From NCBI GenBank assembly GCA_963770835.1, contig CAVYRH010000005.1, positions 192,001 to 256,000 of the forward strand: a DNA stretch of 64,000 nucleotides. The letters are read 5' to 3'. This stretch comes from an uncultured Pseudomonadota bacterium. GTDB lineage: Bacteria > Oederibacteriota > Muellerivitia > Muellerivitales > Muellerivitaceae. Shown here in pieces: positions 49,383-59,857 of the stretch. A model generated the notes under the pieces. That model was not told where the DNA came from. It did no database searches and was given only the letters and a program-made list of their open reading frames with translations. The position numbers were made by a program, and so were the translations under genes. Each line of letters starts with the position of its first letter. Position 1 is the stretch's first letter.

Positions 49383-50486
49383 CTACGACTTCACCTCTTG
49401 CCCGGAAACGGCCCGTGTCATATCCGTGTCAAACTGCCTCTCGACTTGTTTCAGCGCGTTCACCCGGTCTTGCCGATCAATCCGGTTGTACCGTTTGAAC
49501 ATCGCGTAAGTCTTGTGGCCCGATATGGACATGATGACCGAGTCGTTCACCCCCGCCTTCCTCAAGTTCGTCACCGCGCAATGCCGGAGATCGTGGAACC
49601 TGAAATTCTTGATCCCGGCTTTGCGGACGGCCTTCCAGAAGGCGGTTTTGATATTCTTGATGCGCTGACCCTTGTAGGTGAAAACATAGGGGCTTCCAAG
49701 GGTCCTAGGCGTCCTTTTGAGGAGGTCCAAGAGCCCCTCCGTCAGCGGCACCTCCCGTTTCTCCTGGGTCTTGGTGTCCGCGGCTTCCAGGTTGACGACC
49801 TTGTTTTGGAAGTCCACCTGTTCCCACCGCAGTCCCAAAATCTCCCCCCGCCGCATTCCCGTCCAATAAGCCAATTGGAGAATGGTATTCATGCGTGGGG
49901 AACAATATCCCAAAAGTGCTTGGTATTCCTCCTGCGTCAAGGTGCGATCCCGTGATTCTTCCCGGAAGGCCCGAACCTTCTGAATCAGATTTTTCTCCAA
50001 CAAACCGTTGAAGACCGCCCGGTTCATGATGCATTTGAGAACCCCAAGGTCCCGGTTCAAAGTGCAGTTAGACAGAGGCTTTCCCCCAAAGGCAATGTTG
50101 CCCGCCTTCCGCCGTTGGGTCAAATAACCCTCAACGATGTCCGGCGTCAAGCTTCTCAGAGGCCTATTACCAAAATAGCCCTTAAGCCTGTTCACCATGT
50201 GGATGTCGTTCTCATGGCTTTTCCTTCTTGCCTCGGAATAGGCCAGGAACAAATCTGCCGCCTCGGTGAAGGTAACTTCCATTTTTTCCTCGTCCAGAAA
50301 CTTACCCGCCACGATTTCCCGCGTGTGTTGGGATAAGACTTGCTTGGCCTGGGTCAAAGGAATCAACCCTAACCGCACCCTTTTGCGCTTTCTTATACCT
50401 CCTTCCCGGATGAAGTAATCCAGAAAATACCCTTTGTCGTCCTTGCGGAGAAATTGGGGCAATCCATGAACATTAGGTCTACTCAT
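49383..50486 (-). CDS. Tyrosine recombinase/integrase (close paralog of 41290-42405)
   Basis: TGMRRGE, HDLRH, SGH, KRY; same N-terminus MSRPNVHGLPQFLRKD. Confidence 0.97.
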   Translation of the reverse strand: MSRPNVHGLPQFLRKDDKGYFLDYFIREGGIRKRKRVRLGLIPLTQAKQVLSQHTREIVAGKFLDEEKMEVTFTEAADLFLAYSEARRKSHENDIHMVNRLKGYFGNRPLRSLTPDIVEGYLTQRRKAGNIAFGGKPLSNCTLNRDLGVLKCIMNRAVFNGLLEKNLIQKVRAFREESRDRTLTQEEYQALLGYCSPRMNTILQLAYWTGMRRGEILGLRWEQVDFQNKVVNLEAADTKTQEKREVPLTEGLLDLLKRTPRTLGSPYVFTYKGQRIKNIKTAFWKAVRKAGIKNFRFHDLRHCAVTNLRKAGVNDSVIMSISGHKTYAMFKRYNRIDRQDRVNALKQVERQFDTDMTRAVSGQEVKS

Positions 50487-50670
50487 TCGTCCCTCCTAAT
50501 GTCCCCAGCAATTTGAATATTAGCAGGGGAAAAGATTTTTGCAAATGAACTACCAAGAAAAGTAAAGCCAAACCTGAAAAGCCCAATCACGTCCCAAAAG
50601 TACCGCAAGCATGGTTTTTGATGTTTGTTTGATTTGTTTGAATGGATTAAAGATGTGGTCGTAATTATTT

Positions 50671-50795
50671 CCGCAATATGGGCGGCATAGTGAACCAAGA
50701 GGCCAGCCCCCACTACCTCTTTCCTGCCATCACAAAGTGATGCAGGGGGAGTGGGGGCTGGCGTCGCAGGTGAGCAAAACACTGCCCATTTGTGG
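50671..50795 (+). ncRNA. Conserved long stem-loop A, element 2
   Basis: GCCAGCCCCCACT/AGTGGGGGCTGGC stem; outer stem with G-U pairs on the + strand. Confidence 0.65.
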
Positions 50796-51401
50796 AATAT
50801 TTCCTTAATTTTCATCACAACCTGCTTGTGGTTCCGTGTAAAGCAGCTTTACGTTCCGATTTACCCTGGATAAGGTTCCGCTTGAATTTTTCGGGAGCGA
50901 AAAAACAGATGCGGACTGAACCAAGGCATGGGGTATTCCCCAAGGCAACAAGTCTGAATTTGAGCGTTGGGATTTTGAAGAGGGACAAACTGGTTTGGAG
51001 GGATCTTCGGGCCGTCTATCGGCCTTTAAATGCAAAATCTCTGATTCAAGGTTTTCGATCATGTTAGTCATCCTGTAATTAAATCGACTTCTTGAATTAT
51101 CTTGAGAGCACGCGGTTATCTTTTCAACGAATTTTATTTTGCGTTGTCACTGACTGCCACTAGCCGTTCTTTACCATGCTTTACCATTGATTACCGTCAC
51201 AAGAATTTTTTAGTGTCGAAAAGGGCATCGAGGCGGTCAATTAGCGGTTTGGGTGGTTTAAAAACACTCGTGGAATCATTTAAGCGAGAATTGATAAGGG
51301 TTTGGATGATGTTCCATGGAAGTGAAACTTCCGCGCCATGGAAGTGAAATGTCCTACAGTAGGACATGGAAAGCCAATGTTTTTGATTATTTTGGGTGGG
51401 T

Positions 51402-51492
51402 TTTTCCATTCTCCGATGGCGAACCCCCCTATCACCGCATCAAGTACGGATGCGAGAAACGATAGGGGGGTTCGCCCTCTCCGAATGAAAAA
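51402..51492. other. Conserved long stem-loop B, element 2
   Basis: Same 16-bp and 6-bp stems as element 1 with a different terminal loop (AAGTACG). Confidence 0.75.
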
Positions 51493-51721
51493 CCTCGATA
51501 GCAATCTGTTGAAGGTTACGGATGATGAAACTGATTAAAAATTAAGACGAAGACCAAAAAAAACTGTAGCAGGAGTCAGAAGTGGCAGGTTGGGATGAAA
51601 GGGCCAGGTGAAAATTGGCGGGAGGCTGAAAAGAAAGGCTGGCTTGGAAGGGTTAGACGGGGCAAAAGCTTGGGAAAGGAAACATGTCATTGTGTGGTTT
51701 GTTTGGCATGTATAATGACGC

Positions 51722-52051
51722 ATGGATTTATTTAAGTTCGACAAAATTCTTATCTCGGAGTTTCTTGAAAAGGGCTATTTCGATTGGAGATTGCATGCCT
51801 TAGAAAGGGCGGCGGAACGAAGTATTTCGCAGGATAAAGTGCTGGAGATACTTCGCCAATGGGATGTGCTGGAAAAGGAATATAATCGAAAGCCTTTTCC
51901 AACGGCCTTGGTTATAGGCTGGAATGGACAACAGCCGATTCACGTTGTTGTTGCCATAGATGAAGCCCTGGAATGGGTGTATATTATTACCGTGTATGAA
52001 CCGGACTTGGACCATTTTGAGCCAGGTTTCCGGGCGAGGAAAAAGCCATGA
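51722..52051 (+). CDS. DUF4258-family putative toxin
   Basis: HALERAAERSIS...P..LVIG....PIHVVVA....IITVYEPD. Confidence 0.88.
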   Translation: MDLFKFDKILISEFLEKGYFDWRLHALERAAERSISQDKVLEILRQWDVLEKEYNRKPFPTALVIGWNGQQPIHVVVAIDEALEWVYIITVYEPDLDHFEPGFRARKKP

Positions 52052-52284
52052 CGACAAAAACAGCCGGAAAAATCTGCCCCCTTTGCGGGGGAACCAAAAA
52101 ACCTGGGAAGGCCACTTTCACTGTTGAGACGGGGGAAGGGGTTGTTGTGGTTCGAAATGTTCCAGCCGAAATTTGCGATTTGTGCGGGGAAGAATGGATT
52201 GCCGCCAATGCCGCGAAAGAACTTGAAGCCCATGTTGAAAGCGCCCGCCAAAAACACCTTCAAGTTGAAGTTGTGCCTTTTTGA
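52048..52284 (+). CDS. YgiT/MqsA-type zinc-finger putative antitoxin
   Basis: CPLCGG...VVVVRNVPAEICDLCGEEW; ATGA overlap with the DUF4258 gene. Confidence 0.9.
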   Translation: MTTKTAGKICPLCGGTKKPGKATFTVETGEGVVVVRNVPAEICDLCGEEWIAANAAKELEAHVESARQKHLQVEVVPF

Positions 52285-52323
52285 TTTAATTCCCGTTTAG
52301 TCCGCTTGTAATAGGAGTAAATA

Positions 52324-54120
52324 TTGGTTCGGAAATTTCTCCTAATTCCTTTATTTCTTTTTTGGGGGATTCCTTTTCAGGCCGAATCTCAGTCTGGCGA
52401 AGTTGTCAAACCGACTTTAGACCCATTGATATACATAAAATCAAAAGAAGGTGTTTTGCACCAGGATGTCAGGAACATTCGGGATATTGCCTTGGACTTC
52501 GCCGGCAATATTTTCCTCTTGGATTCCTTTCACCTGGGTGTTCAAAAGTTTACCAATGATGGCCATTTTTTAACGAATTGGGGTGCGACGACCGATAAAT
52601 CCAAACGTATAGGTGATAGCCTAGCCATCGACCCAAAAGGAAACCTCTATCTTTTAACGATGAAAGGTGTTGTTTTTAAATACACGAATAAAGGTGTTCC
52701 TCTTCAACAATATGCCCCAAAGGAAATAGAGCCGGGACAGTATGAGGGGACTACTTCCATCCGTTTTTCGAACGGACACTTTTTTATTTTGGACAGGTAT
52801 CATTGTAAGGTCCAGATTTTTGACCAGGATTTCCATTATCTATCCTCCTTTGAACTTCCATCCGAACTCCGTGATTCAGGCCGCATGAAATACTGCCTTT
52901 GCCGCAATATGGCCGTAGACAGCTTGGAGAATATCTACCTGGACAGCAAAGGGGAGATCGATAAGTACGATAAGAACGGGAAACTCCTAAAACGGGTTGG
53001 TTATCCAGGCAACGGGCATGGGGAATTCATGGGGATTAATGGGATAGCTGTTGGTTCGATGGATCGTATTTATGTTATCGACCGGGGCCGAATCCAGGTT
53101 TTTGACGATGATTTAAATTTTTTGATGCAATTCAAACCCCGTGAAATGGTCCAACACCTAGCCATTGATGGCCATGGCTACATTTACACTGCCGGTTTGG
53201 AAGAGAGTGTGGAGAAGTTCGCTAAGTATGACGGCCCCTTCATTCTGAAAAATGCAGAGGAATTTACAAAGTATTCCGATGACCACAATAGCCCGGATTA
53301 TCCACTCCTCGAAGTCGGTCCGGACGGAAAAATCCCGCCGACCTTTTGGAGATACTCTCCTAGGATAGAAAAAGTCACCAGCGAACTTAAAACAGTTAAT
53401 TCAAAAGATGATTTGATCGTATTTGGGAAAAAATATTCCAAATTCAGTGGCCAGGATAGCGACGAAGATACTTCTCCGGACAAGGGTGAATTCTTAAAAA
53501 AGCTCAAAGAGATGGGGTTCATCCCGGAAGCGGGAACCGAGTCCGGTTTCTTCCAGTTCAAAGAAATCCAAAGCCCCCATCTTTACTACTGGTGTTTCAA
53601 CGATTTGGTTTATGGGATTTTCCCCGAAGACCCACATCAAGCGGTGGAAATAACCCGGTTTCCCGGTAAATTTACCGGAGTTTGGCGTATCAACGAAGTT
53701 ATTTCTGCGGAAAAAATGGGGCCAGGCTGTTACCGATTTTCAAAGAGTGAATCAGGGAAATACGAGCCGAGCTCCACCCTAACGATTTCGGACGTGGATT
53801 TGAACCGGAAGAAAATGGATGCTTATTCATCCGAAGGTTATCTGAAAGACCTGGATCATAACGGCAAGAATGAGTGGATTTATTACTTGAGCACCGGGGA
53901 CAAGTTTGAAATTTTCCTTTGGCCCTATGTCTTTTCCTGGGACGGACAATCTTGGGCAAATGTCAGCGCCACTTACCCCATCTTTTATAAGACTGAGGCC
54001 TTTGAAAACCTGAAATCTGTTGAAAAATGTTGCGTCGGCCAATATTACACTGACCCGAAATTGGTTGCCTTGTTGGAACAGGCCGCCTTGGCGGGCGGCC
54101 CCAGCGCGTTTAGTAAATAA
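52324..54120 (+). CDS. Secreted NHL-repeat (beta-propeller) cargo protein
   Basis: Signal peptide; DIALD.AGNIF.LD...VQKF and GIAVG..RIYVID..RIQVF repeats; DLDHNGKNE loop. Confidence 0.85.
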   Translation: MVRKFLLIPLFLFWGIPFQAESQSGEVVKPTLDPLIYIKSKEGVLHQDVRNIRDIALDFAGNIFLLDSFHLGVQKFTNDGHFLTNWGATTDKSKRIGDSLAIDPKGNLYLLTMKGVVFKYTNKGVPLQQYAPKEIEPGQYEGTTSIRFSNGHFFILDRYHCKVQIFDQDFHYLSSFELPSELRDSGRMKYCLCRNMAVDSLENIYLDSKGEIDKYDKNGKLLKRVGYPGNGHGEFMGINGIAVGSMDRIYVIDRGRIQVFDDDLNFLMQFKPREMVQHLAIDGHGYIYTAGLEESVEKFAKYDGPFILKNAEEFTKYSDDHNSPDYPLLEVGPDGKIPPTFWRYSPRIEKVTSELKTVNSKDDLIVFGKKYSKFSGQDSDEDTSPDKGEFLKKLKEMGFIPEAGTESGFFQFKEIQSPHLYYWCFNDLVYGIFPEDPHQAVEITRFPGKFTGVWRINEVISAEKMGPGCYRFSKSESGKYEPSSTLTISDVDLNRKKMDAYSSEGYLKDLDHNGKNEWIYYLSTGDKFEIFLWPYVFSWDGQSWANVSATYPIFYKTEAFENLKSVEKCCVGQYYTDPKLVALLEQAALAGGPSAFSK

Positions 54121-54332
54121 ACTGGATGTGCAGCCGTGTCATATACGTGTCAAACTCAACCATGCTTTACCGTGCTTGACCATCCCTTACTGCCATTGAC
54201 CGTCACTTGAAAAAAAGGCCCTTGCCCCCGCAGGTCGTAAAACCGTTGAGAACAAAGGCCTTTAAAAATGTGCTGGGGACTGATAAATTTTAATAAACAA
54301 TCTAAAAGAGCTTCCGAATATGGTCCGTGTGA

Positions 54333-54377
54333 TTTACACGCAGGGGGTCACAGGTTCGAATCCTGTTTCGCCCACCA
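54333..54377 (+). repeat. attR of element 2: displaced 3' half of tRNA-Val
   Basis: TTTACACGCAGGGGGTCACAGGTTCGAATCCTGTTTCGCCCACCA. Confidence 0.95.
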
Positions 54378-54568
54378 AGTTTTGCTTCCTGATTCGATAT
54401 GAAAGTTGACGAAGTTTGGCCCCTTCGGCCTTGGTGAAGGAGAGGCGGCCTTTGATTGCAGCTAAGGTTGACGAACACTTTTATATTCCCCGGTTTGGCT
54501 TGTTTTTTTGGGGGTTTTCGTTAAAATTGCAAACCTCGGATTTGAGCCGAGAAGTGATGTTTAAGGTT

Positions 54569-54644
54569 GGGGGCGTAGCTCAGCTGGGAGAGCACTTCCA
54601 TGGCATGGAAGGGGTCGTGGGTTCGATCCCCATCGCCTCCACCA
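54569..54644 (+). tRNA. tRNA-Ala(GGC)
   Basis: G3-U70 pair in the acceptor stem; CTTCC-ATGGCAT-GGAAG. Confidence 0.96.
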
Positions 54645-54673
54645 ATCATTATTAAAATGGTTTTTTAGTTAAT

Positions 54674-54698
54674 GCCCGCTAGTCCGGCGGGCTTTTTT
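54674..54698 (+). terminator. Intrinsic terminator after tRNA-Ala
   Basis: GCCCGCT/GGCGGGC stem followed by TTTTTT. Confidence 0.75.
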
Positions 54699-54720
54699 GT
54701 TACGGTTGATTTGGAGAATT

Positions 54721-57345
54721 ATGGACCAGCGGAATCAGGCTTCGGGCATTCGGTCGACAGCCGGGTTTTGGCTATTCCTTATTTGGCTAATAACCTGCCT
54801 ATTTCTTTTCTTCTGGAAGATACCGCCGCATCCCATCCAAAGTTTCCTCTACCTGATTTACTCCTTCAAATATTCCGAGTGGACCTGGCCTTCAGTGCTT
54901 ACCGCTTGGATTCACCACGGCCTGTTTTTAATTTCCTTCATTGGAACATTCCTTGTTTTCAGCCGGACCGGCAATCATCTCTTGCAGTGGATCCGCCCGG
55001 AGAATTGGATTCACCTTGAGACTTGGGTATGGTCTCTTGCATTGGGATTCGGGTTTTGGGGGCTTTTGGCGGAAAGCCTAGCTTTTGAAAATATTTTGTA
55101 TCCCGTGTTATTGAAGGCCCTCATGATACTGGCCTTAACTGTTTTTCTTTTATTTGAGCGGAAGAAGGCCTTTCAAGGGTGCTGGCCCTTCATTGGAAAG
55201 CTCGAAATGCCGTCCTTTTGGTTATGGCCCCTCGCCGTGGTTATCCTTTTAAGCCTTTCCAATTTATTGGCTCCGGAAATGAGTTGGGATGCCATTACCT
55301 ATCAGCTGATCCTTCCGAAGTTTTATCTCATGAAGCACGGTTTTTATCCGGTAACCGGTATTGTGCCCGCTCATTATCCGTCATTGGGGCAGATGATTTT
55401 TTCTTGGGGACTGCTTTGGAACGACGATTCTTTGGCCCGGTCCTTTGGTTTTTTGGCCCATCTAGGAACCGCATTGGCGCTGGCATCTATTGGAAGCCGT
55501 CTTTTAACACCCAAGATTGGTTGGACCGCAGGAATCTTCTACTGGGTTTTTCCTTATTTGAATATCTTTTCGACGCGTGGATATGTTGATCTTTTCGTGG
55601 GCTTCTATTCAGTCTTGGGTTTGGGCTATCTGATGGTTTTTAAGAAATCCGGAAACAATATTGAAAATAACTCCTGGGGGATGCTTGCGGTTACCGCATT
55701 AGGCTTTATTTGGGCTATTAAATACAACGCCGTTTCATTCTGGCTGGCGGGCATCCTGCTTTTTCACGTTGCCGCTAAGGGCTACAAGACTAATTTACCC
55801 ACGGCCGTTTGGTTGTGGGGAACACCCTTATTTTTCTTTGGGCCTTGGGCGCTTAAAAGCTTGGTTTACACCTCGAATCCCATTTATCCTCATCTTTCGG
55901 GGTTGTTCCATACCTTCGATTGGACCGCGTTTGATGCCAAAACATCAGCCATAAAATTTCATGTTGAGGGCTTGGAAGGTTTAGCGAAACTCCCATCCAT
56001 GGTTTGGAAAATTGTTTTTGAAAATTATGCAGGGGCGCCAAATGAAGAGGTGAGTCTTGTTCCGCTCGTTCTTTTGCCGGTGCTGTTAACATTGTTGGTT
56101 TTTAAATGGAGGGAGCTTCGCTGGAAGTGGCCGTTTTTGGTGGCAATTGGGATACCTTTCTTTTTTTGGCTAATCACTACCCATCAATTGCGATTGATAT
56201 CGGGAACCATTGCTTTGGCCTCGATTCCACTAGCGGTGGCTTACCAGTGGGCCGTAAACCGACGGGCACCCTTTGAGAGGATATTGAATGTGCTGATGGG
56301 GGGGGTATTTTGGGTTTGTACTTTTTACCTATTCCAAGGGCTTGCCAACCAGCCGACCCCTTTTGCCTGTTCCCTGGGTTTTCAAACCCGGGATGAATTC
56401 CTGAGCCGAGTTTTGCGGCCCGAGGGCTATGTTTCGGTCGCCAATACCCTCAACCAAACATTGCCCTCCGACGCTAGGGTTTTGATCATCGGACAACAAA
56501 ACGGTTATTATTTGGACCGGATATCCTCTTACGACTTTGACTATACCTATCCGGTTTTAAAAAAATGGTCCGAGAAGTCATCTAGTCCTGAAGAGCTTTA
56601 CCGGAAATTCAAGGAAAATGGCTTTACGCATATCCTTTACAATGCCAATGCCATGCTGGGAACCGCCATACGGGTAGATGAGTTGGGTGTGGATCGCTAT
56701 CCTTGGACACCGCTGGAGCTCAAGAACTACGAGCAATTTTTCCTGAAATTTACCCGCAAAATTCCTTTGCCGGTAGGAAATGGCTATTCTCTTTATGAAG
56801 TTAGGCCGAGAGAGGGATTTTCGGATCTTCCTGACTTTCTCCCCGGAACGGAGCGTTATTACGTTAAAAATATGCAGGAAGTCATGGGTTTGCCCCGCGT
56901 GTCGGATCTTGTCGGGAAACCGATCCCTTCCGATGTTTACCTTCAAACTTACCTGCGGGTGTCTAACCAGTACCCGGAAATAGGCCTTCCGTGTTTTCAA
57001 TCGGCTTTTGGCACTTTGGGTGTTTCCCCGGCGGATACTCGCCAAGCGTTGCAAATGGGCCGCAAGGGATTTGAGAGAAACGGCGATGAATCGGCGTGGG
57101 ACGCCTTGCAGGGGGATTATTGCTTGGCTCAAAAGAAAACATCACAAGCCGTTACATTTCTGGAACGGGCTCAGCATTTGAGCCCGGAAAGGGAGGACGT
57201 CGCTAGGAATTTGGCGGTCGCTTACTATAATGAGCACAACCTGCAAAAAGCAGTGGAAGAAGCAGATCGGGCTGTAGCCTTGGCACCCTTTTCACAAGAA
57301 TATCAAGAGCTAGCCCAACAGTTGCAATCTTTGATGAAACGTTAA
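54721..57345 (+). CDS. Polytopic GT-C-like (ArnT/PMT-type) membrane glycosyltransferase with C-terminal TPR
   Basis: Many TM helices; PE.SWDAITYQL.LPK, YVDL and GPW..K....SNPIYP motifs; terminal TPRs. Confidence 0.7.
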   Translation: MDQRNQASGIRSTAGFWLFLIWLITCLFLFFWKIPPHPIQSFLYLIYSFKYSEWTWPSVLTAWIHHGLFLISFIGTFLVFSRTGNHLLQWIRPENWIHLETWVWSLALGFGFWGLLAESLAFENILYPVLLKALMILALTVFLLFERKKAFQGCWPFIGKLEMPSFWLWPLAVVILLSLSNLLAPEMSWDAITYQLILPKFYLMKHGFYPVTGIVPAHYPSLGQMIFSWGLLWNDDSLARSFGFLAHLGTALALASIGSRLLTPKIGWTAGIFYWVFPYLNIFSTRGYVDLFVGFYSVLGLGYLMVFKKSGNNIENNSWGMLAVTALGFIWAIKYNAVSFWLAGILLFHVAAKGYKTNLPTAVWLWGTPLFFFGPWALKSLVYTSNPIYPHLSGLFHTFDWTAFDAKTSAIKFHVEGLEGLAKLPSMVWKIVFENYAGAPNEEVSLVPLVLLPVLLTLLVFKWRELRWKWPFLVAIGIPFFFWLITTHQLRLISGTIALASIPLAVAYQWAVNRRAPFERILNVLMGGVFWVCTFYLFQGLANQPTPFACSLGFQTRDEFLSRVLRPEGYVSVANTLNQTLPSDARVLIIGQQNGYYLDRISSYDFDYTYPVLKKWSEKSSSPEELYRKFKENGFTHILYNANAMLGTAIRVDELGVDRYPWTPLELKNYEQFFLKFTRKIPLPVGNGYSLYEVRPREGFSDLPDFLPGTERYYVKNMQEVMGLPRVSDLVGKPIPSDVYLQTYLRVSNQYPEIGLPCFQSAFGTLGVSPADTRQALQMGRKGFERNGDESAWDALQGDYCLAQKKTSQAVTFLERAQHLSPEREDVARNLAVAYYNEHNLQKAVEEADRAVALAPFSQEYQELAQQLQSLMKR

Positions 57346-57361
57346 TGTTTTAGGAACCCAA

Positions 57362-58507
57362 ATGAGAACTCGCGAACAACTTGAACAATTGGAAGACCAG
57401 GCTTTGGTTTCCTACGCCCAAAGGTCCAGCCAAAGCCGGGGCCGTCAATACCCGGAACCGGAGCATGCGTATCGCACAGCCTTCCAACGGGACCGCGACC
57501 GTATTATTCACGCTTCCGCCTTCCGCCGCCTTCAATATAAGACCCAGGTGTTCGTCAACCACGAGGGGGATTATTACCGCACCCGCATCACCCATACCAT
57601 GGAAGTGGCCCAGATCGCCCGGTCCATTGCGAGGAGTTTGGGGTTGAACCAGGATTTAACCGAGGCCATCGCCCTGGCCCATGACCTAGGCCATACCCCT
57701 TTCGGCCATTCGGGCGAAAAAGTCTTGAATGAGATCATGAAAAACGACGGCGGGTTCGAGCATAACGCCCAAAGCTACCGGATTGTCACTCACTTGGAGG
57801 ACAAATATCCCGATTTTAAAGGCCTAAATCTTTCCTACGAAGTTTTGGAGGGAGTGGACAAACACCGAACCCGTTACGATCGTCCCGGTGGGGACGGAGA
57901 GCAATACACCATGGAAGCCCAGATCGTGGACTTGGCCGATGAAATCGCCTATACCTCCCACGATGTCGACGACGGACTCACTTCCGGCCTTTTGGAATTT
58001 GAAGGGTTGGAGGCGCTTGCACTTTGGAAAAGAAACCTAGAGAAGGTGAAATCGCAGCATCCCCATTTGGTCCGGGATAAGGTCAAGTATCAGACGGTAA
58101 GATTTCTCATCAATGAACAGGTAACGGACTTATTGGAAGAAACGGGCAAGCGGATCGAAAAGTTCGGGGTCAAATCCATGGAAGAGGTAAGGCGTTGTCC
58201 GGAAGAATTGGCTGCCTTTTCTCTTGAATTTCGCCAAGAGTTTTTGGAGATGAAGCGATACCTGTTCCAGAATATGTACCGTCATTCTCGGGTTACCCGA
58301 ATGGAGGGAAAGTCGGCCAAGGTTATACAGGAACTGTTTAAAATTTATGAATCCAATCCCGGTATCCTTCCCAACAACACACGTGAAAAGATCAAGGCCA
58401 ACTCAGAGCCGCTCCGCCGCATCATTTGTGATTACATCGCGGGTATGACCGACCGTTTCGCCATTGAGGAATATGAAAAACTGACCGAACCGTCCATTCG
58501 GGTTTAA
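57362..58507 (+). CDS. dgt: dGTP triphosphohydrolase
   Basis: FQRDRDRIIH..AFRRLQYKTQV, RTRITHT, AHDLGHTPFGH, DYIAGMTD. Confidence 0.97.
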   Translation: MRTREQLEQLEDQALVSYAQRSSQSRGRQYPEPEHAYRTAFQRDRDRIIHASAFRRLQYKTQVFVNHEGDYYRTRITHTMEVAQIARSIARSLGLNQDLTEAIALAHDLGHTPFGHSGEKVLNEIMKNDGGFEHNAQSYRIVTHLEDKYPDFKGLNLSYEVLEGVDKHRTRYDRPGGDGEQYTMEAQIVDLADEIAYTSHDVDDGLTSGLLEFEGLEALALWKRNLEKVKSQHPHLVRDKVKYQTVRFLINEQVTDLLEETGKRIEKFGVKSMEEVRRCPEELAAFSLEFRQEFLEMKRYLFQNMYRHSRVTRMEGKSAKVIQELFKIYESNPGILPNNTREKIKANSEPLRRIICDYIAGMTDRFAIEEYEKLTEPSIRV

Positions 58508-58528
58508 AACCCCTCTGTTTTTGGCGGG

Positions 58529-58557
58529 TTGACAGCCCCTTTCCGGGACATTAAGAT
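58529..58557 (+). promoter_or_regulatory. Sigma70-type promoter of the arg operon
   Basis: TTGACA-17 nt-TAAGAT. Confidence 0.7.
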
Positions 58558-58569
58558 GCCTTCCTAGAT

Positions 58570-58628
58570 AAAAGTCCCCTGTAGCAAGGCGCCTTCGGCG
58601 TCGCGCTACAGGGGGCTTTTTCATTTTT
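58570..58628 (+). terminator. Strong hairpin with T tract in the argD leader
   Basis: AAAAGTCCCCTGTAGC...GCTACAGGGGGCTTTT then TCATTTTT. Confidence 0.7.
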
Positions 58629-58645
58629 CGGCACAGGAAAAAGAC

Positions 58646-59848
58646 ATGGATACGACCCAGATTATCCAAAGCGGCGATGACTATCTCCTACCGGTCTACA
58701 ACCGGCAAAAGATCGTCCTTATGCGCGGGCAGGGGGCCCATGTTTACGACTCCGAAAGGGCGGTTTACCTGGATTTTTTCTCGGGTATCGCGGTCAACGC
58801 CCTGGGCCAAGCCTACCCCGAGGTGGTGGAAGCCATCATCGAGGAAGCCAAGAAATTGGGCCATGTTTCCAACGTTTACTACAACGAACCCAACGTAAAG
58901 TTGGCCAAGCTTTTGTGCGACATTTCCTTCGCCCAAAAAGTGTTCTTCTGCAACTCGGGGACCGAAGCCATTGAGGCGGCCCTCAAATTGGCCCGGAAAC
59001 ATTTCAGAAGGGAAGGGAAGGATAAATTCGAAATCGTCAGTTTTTATCATTCCTTCCATGGAAGAACCTATGGTTCCATCTCAGCCACCGGGCAAGTGAA
59101 ATATCAGGAAGGCTTGGAGCCCCTCCTTCCGGGGATCAAGTTTGCCACTTTCAACAACATTGAGAGCGTCAAAGGCCTGTTGGGCGATAAAACCGCAGCT
59201 GTCCTGATCGAACCTATCCAATGCGAGGGTGGCATCCAGCCGGCCGACCCGAAGTTCATGAAAGAATTGCGGGAATTGACGCTCGAAAAAGGAGTTCTCC
59301 TCATCCTGGATGAGGTCCAAACCGGTATCGGCCGCACGGGCAAGATGTGGGCTTATGAACATTATGGTATCGAGCCCGACATGATGGCGTCGGCGAAAGC
59401 CCTTGGCGGCGGACTTCCTATGGGGGCCTTATTGGTCACCAATCAGGTGTCCCACGGCTTCAAGCCGGGGGACCATGCCTCTACCTTTGGGGGCAACCCT
59501 ATTGTGAGCGCGGCGGCTATTGCCAACATCGAAGCCATCATCGGCAAGGACCTCCTAGTTTTGGCGACCAAGCAGGGTGCCTATCTCAAACAAAAACTCC
59601 AAGCGGTTCAGAACGAATTCCCCCAGCTTTTTACCGAGATCCGGGGAATCGGCCTGGTTTTGGGCATGGAAATGACGCGGAAGGCCGCCTCTATGGTTTC
59701 CCAATGCGCCAGGCAGGGATTATTGGTTGGCTCCGCCCACGAGAACGTCCTTCGGTTCACGCCACCCTTAATTATCACCCAAGCGGATATCGACCAAGCC
59801 ATCGAAAAACTCCGCAAAGCGGCAATTGAAGAACTCAAGACGGCTTAA
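58646..59848 (+). CDS. argD: Acetylornithine aminotransferase
   Basis: NSGTEA, SFHGRT, DEVQTGIGRTG, AKALGGG; heads the arg operon. Confidence 0.93.
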   Translation: MDTTQIIQSGDDYLLPVYNRQKIVLMRGQGAHVYDSERAVYLDFFSGIAVNALGQAYPEVVEAIIEEAKKLGHVSNVYYNEPNVKLAKLLCDISFAQKVFFCNSGTEAIEAALKLARKHFRREGKDKFEIVSFYHSFHGRTYGSISATGQVKYQEGLEPLLPGIKFATFNNIESVKGLLGDKTAAVLIEPIQCEGGIQPADPKFMKELRELTLEKGVLLILDEVQTGIGRTGKMWAYEHYGIEPDMMASAKALGGGLPMGALLVTNQVSHGFKPGDHASTFGGNPIVSAAAIANIEAIIGKDLLVLATKQGAYLKQKLQAVQNEFPQLFTEIRGIGLVLGMEMTRKAASMVSQCARQGLLVGSAHENVLRFTPPLIITQADIDQAIEKLRKAAIEELKTA

Positions 59849-59857
59849 GGATCATTC

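Larger units (their letters stand above)
49323..54377. mobile_element. Mini integrative element 2 (5010 bp between att cores) in tRNA-Val(UAC)
   Basis: 45-bp direct repeat 49323-49367 / 54333-54377 with 1 mismatch; integrase adjacent to the tRNA. Confidence 0.95.
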
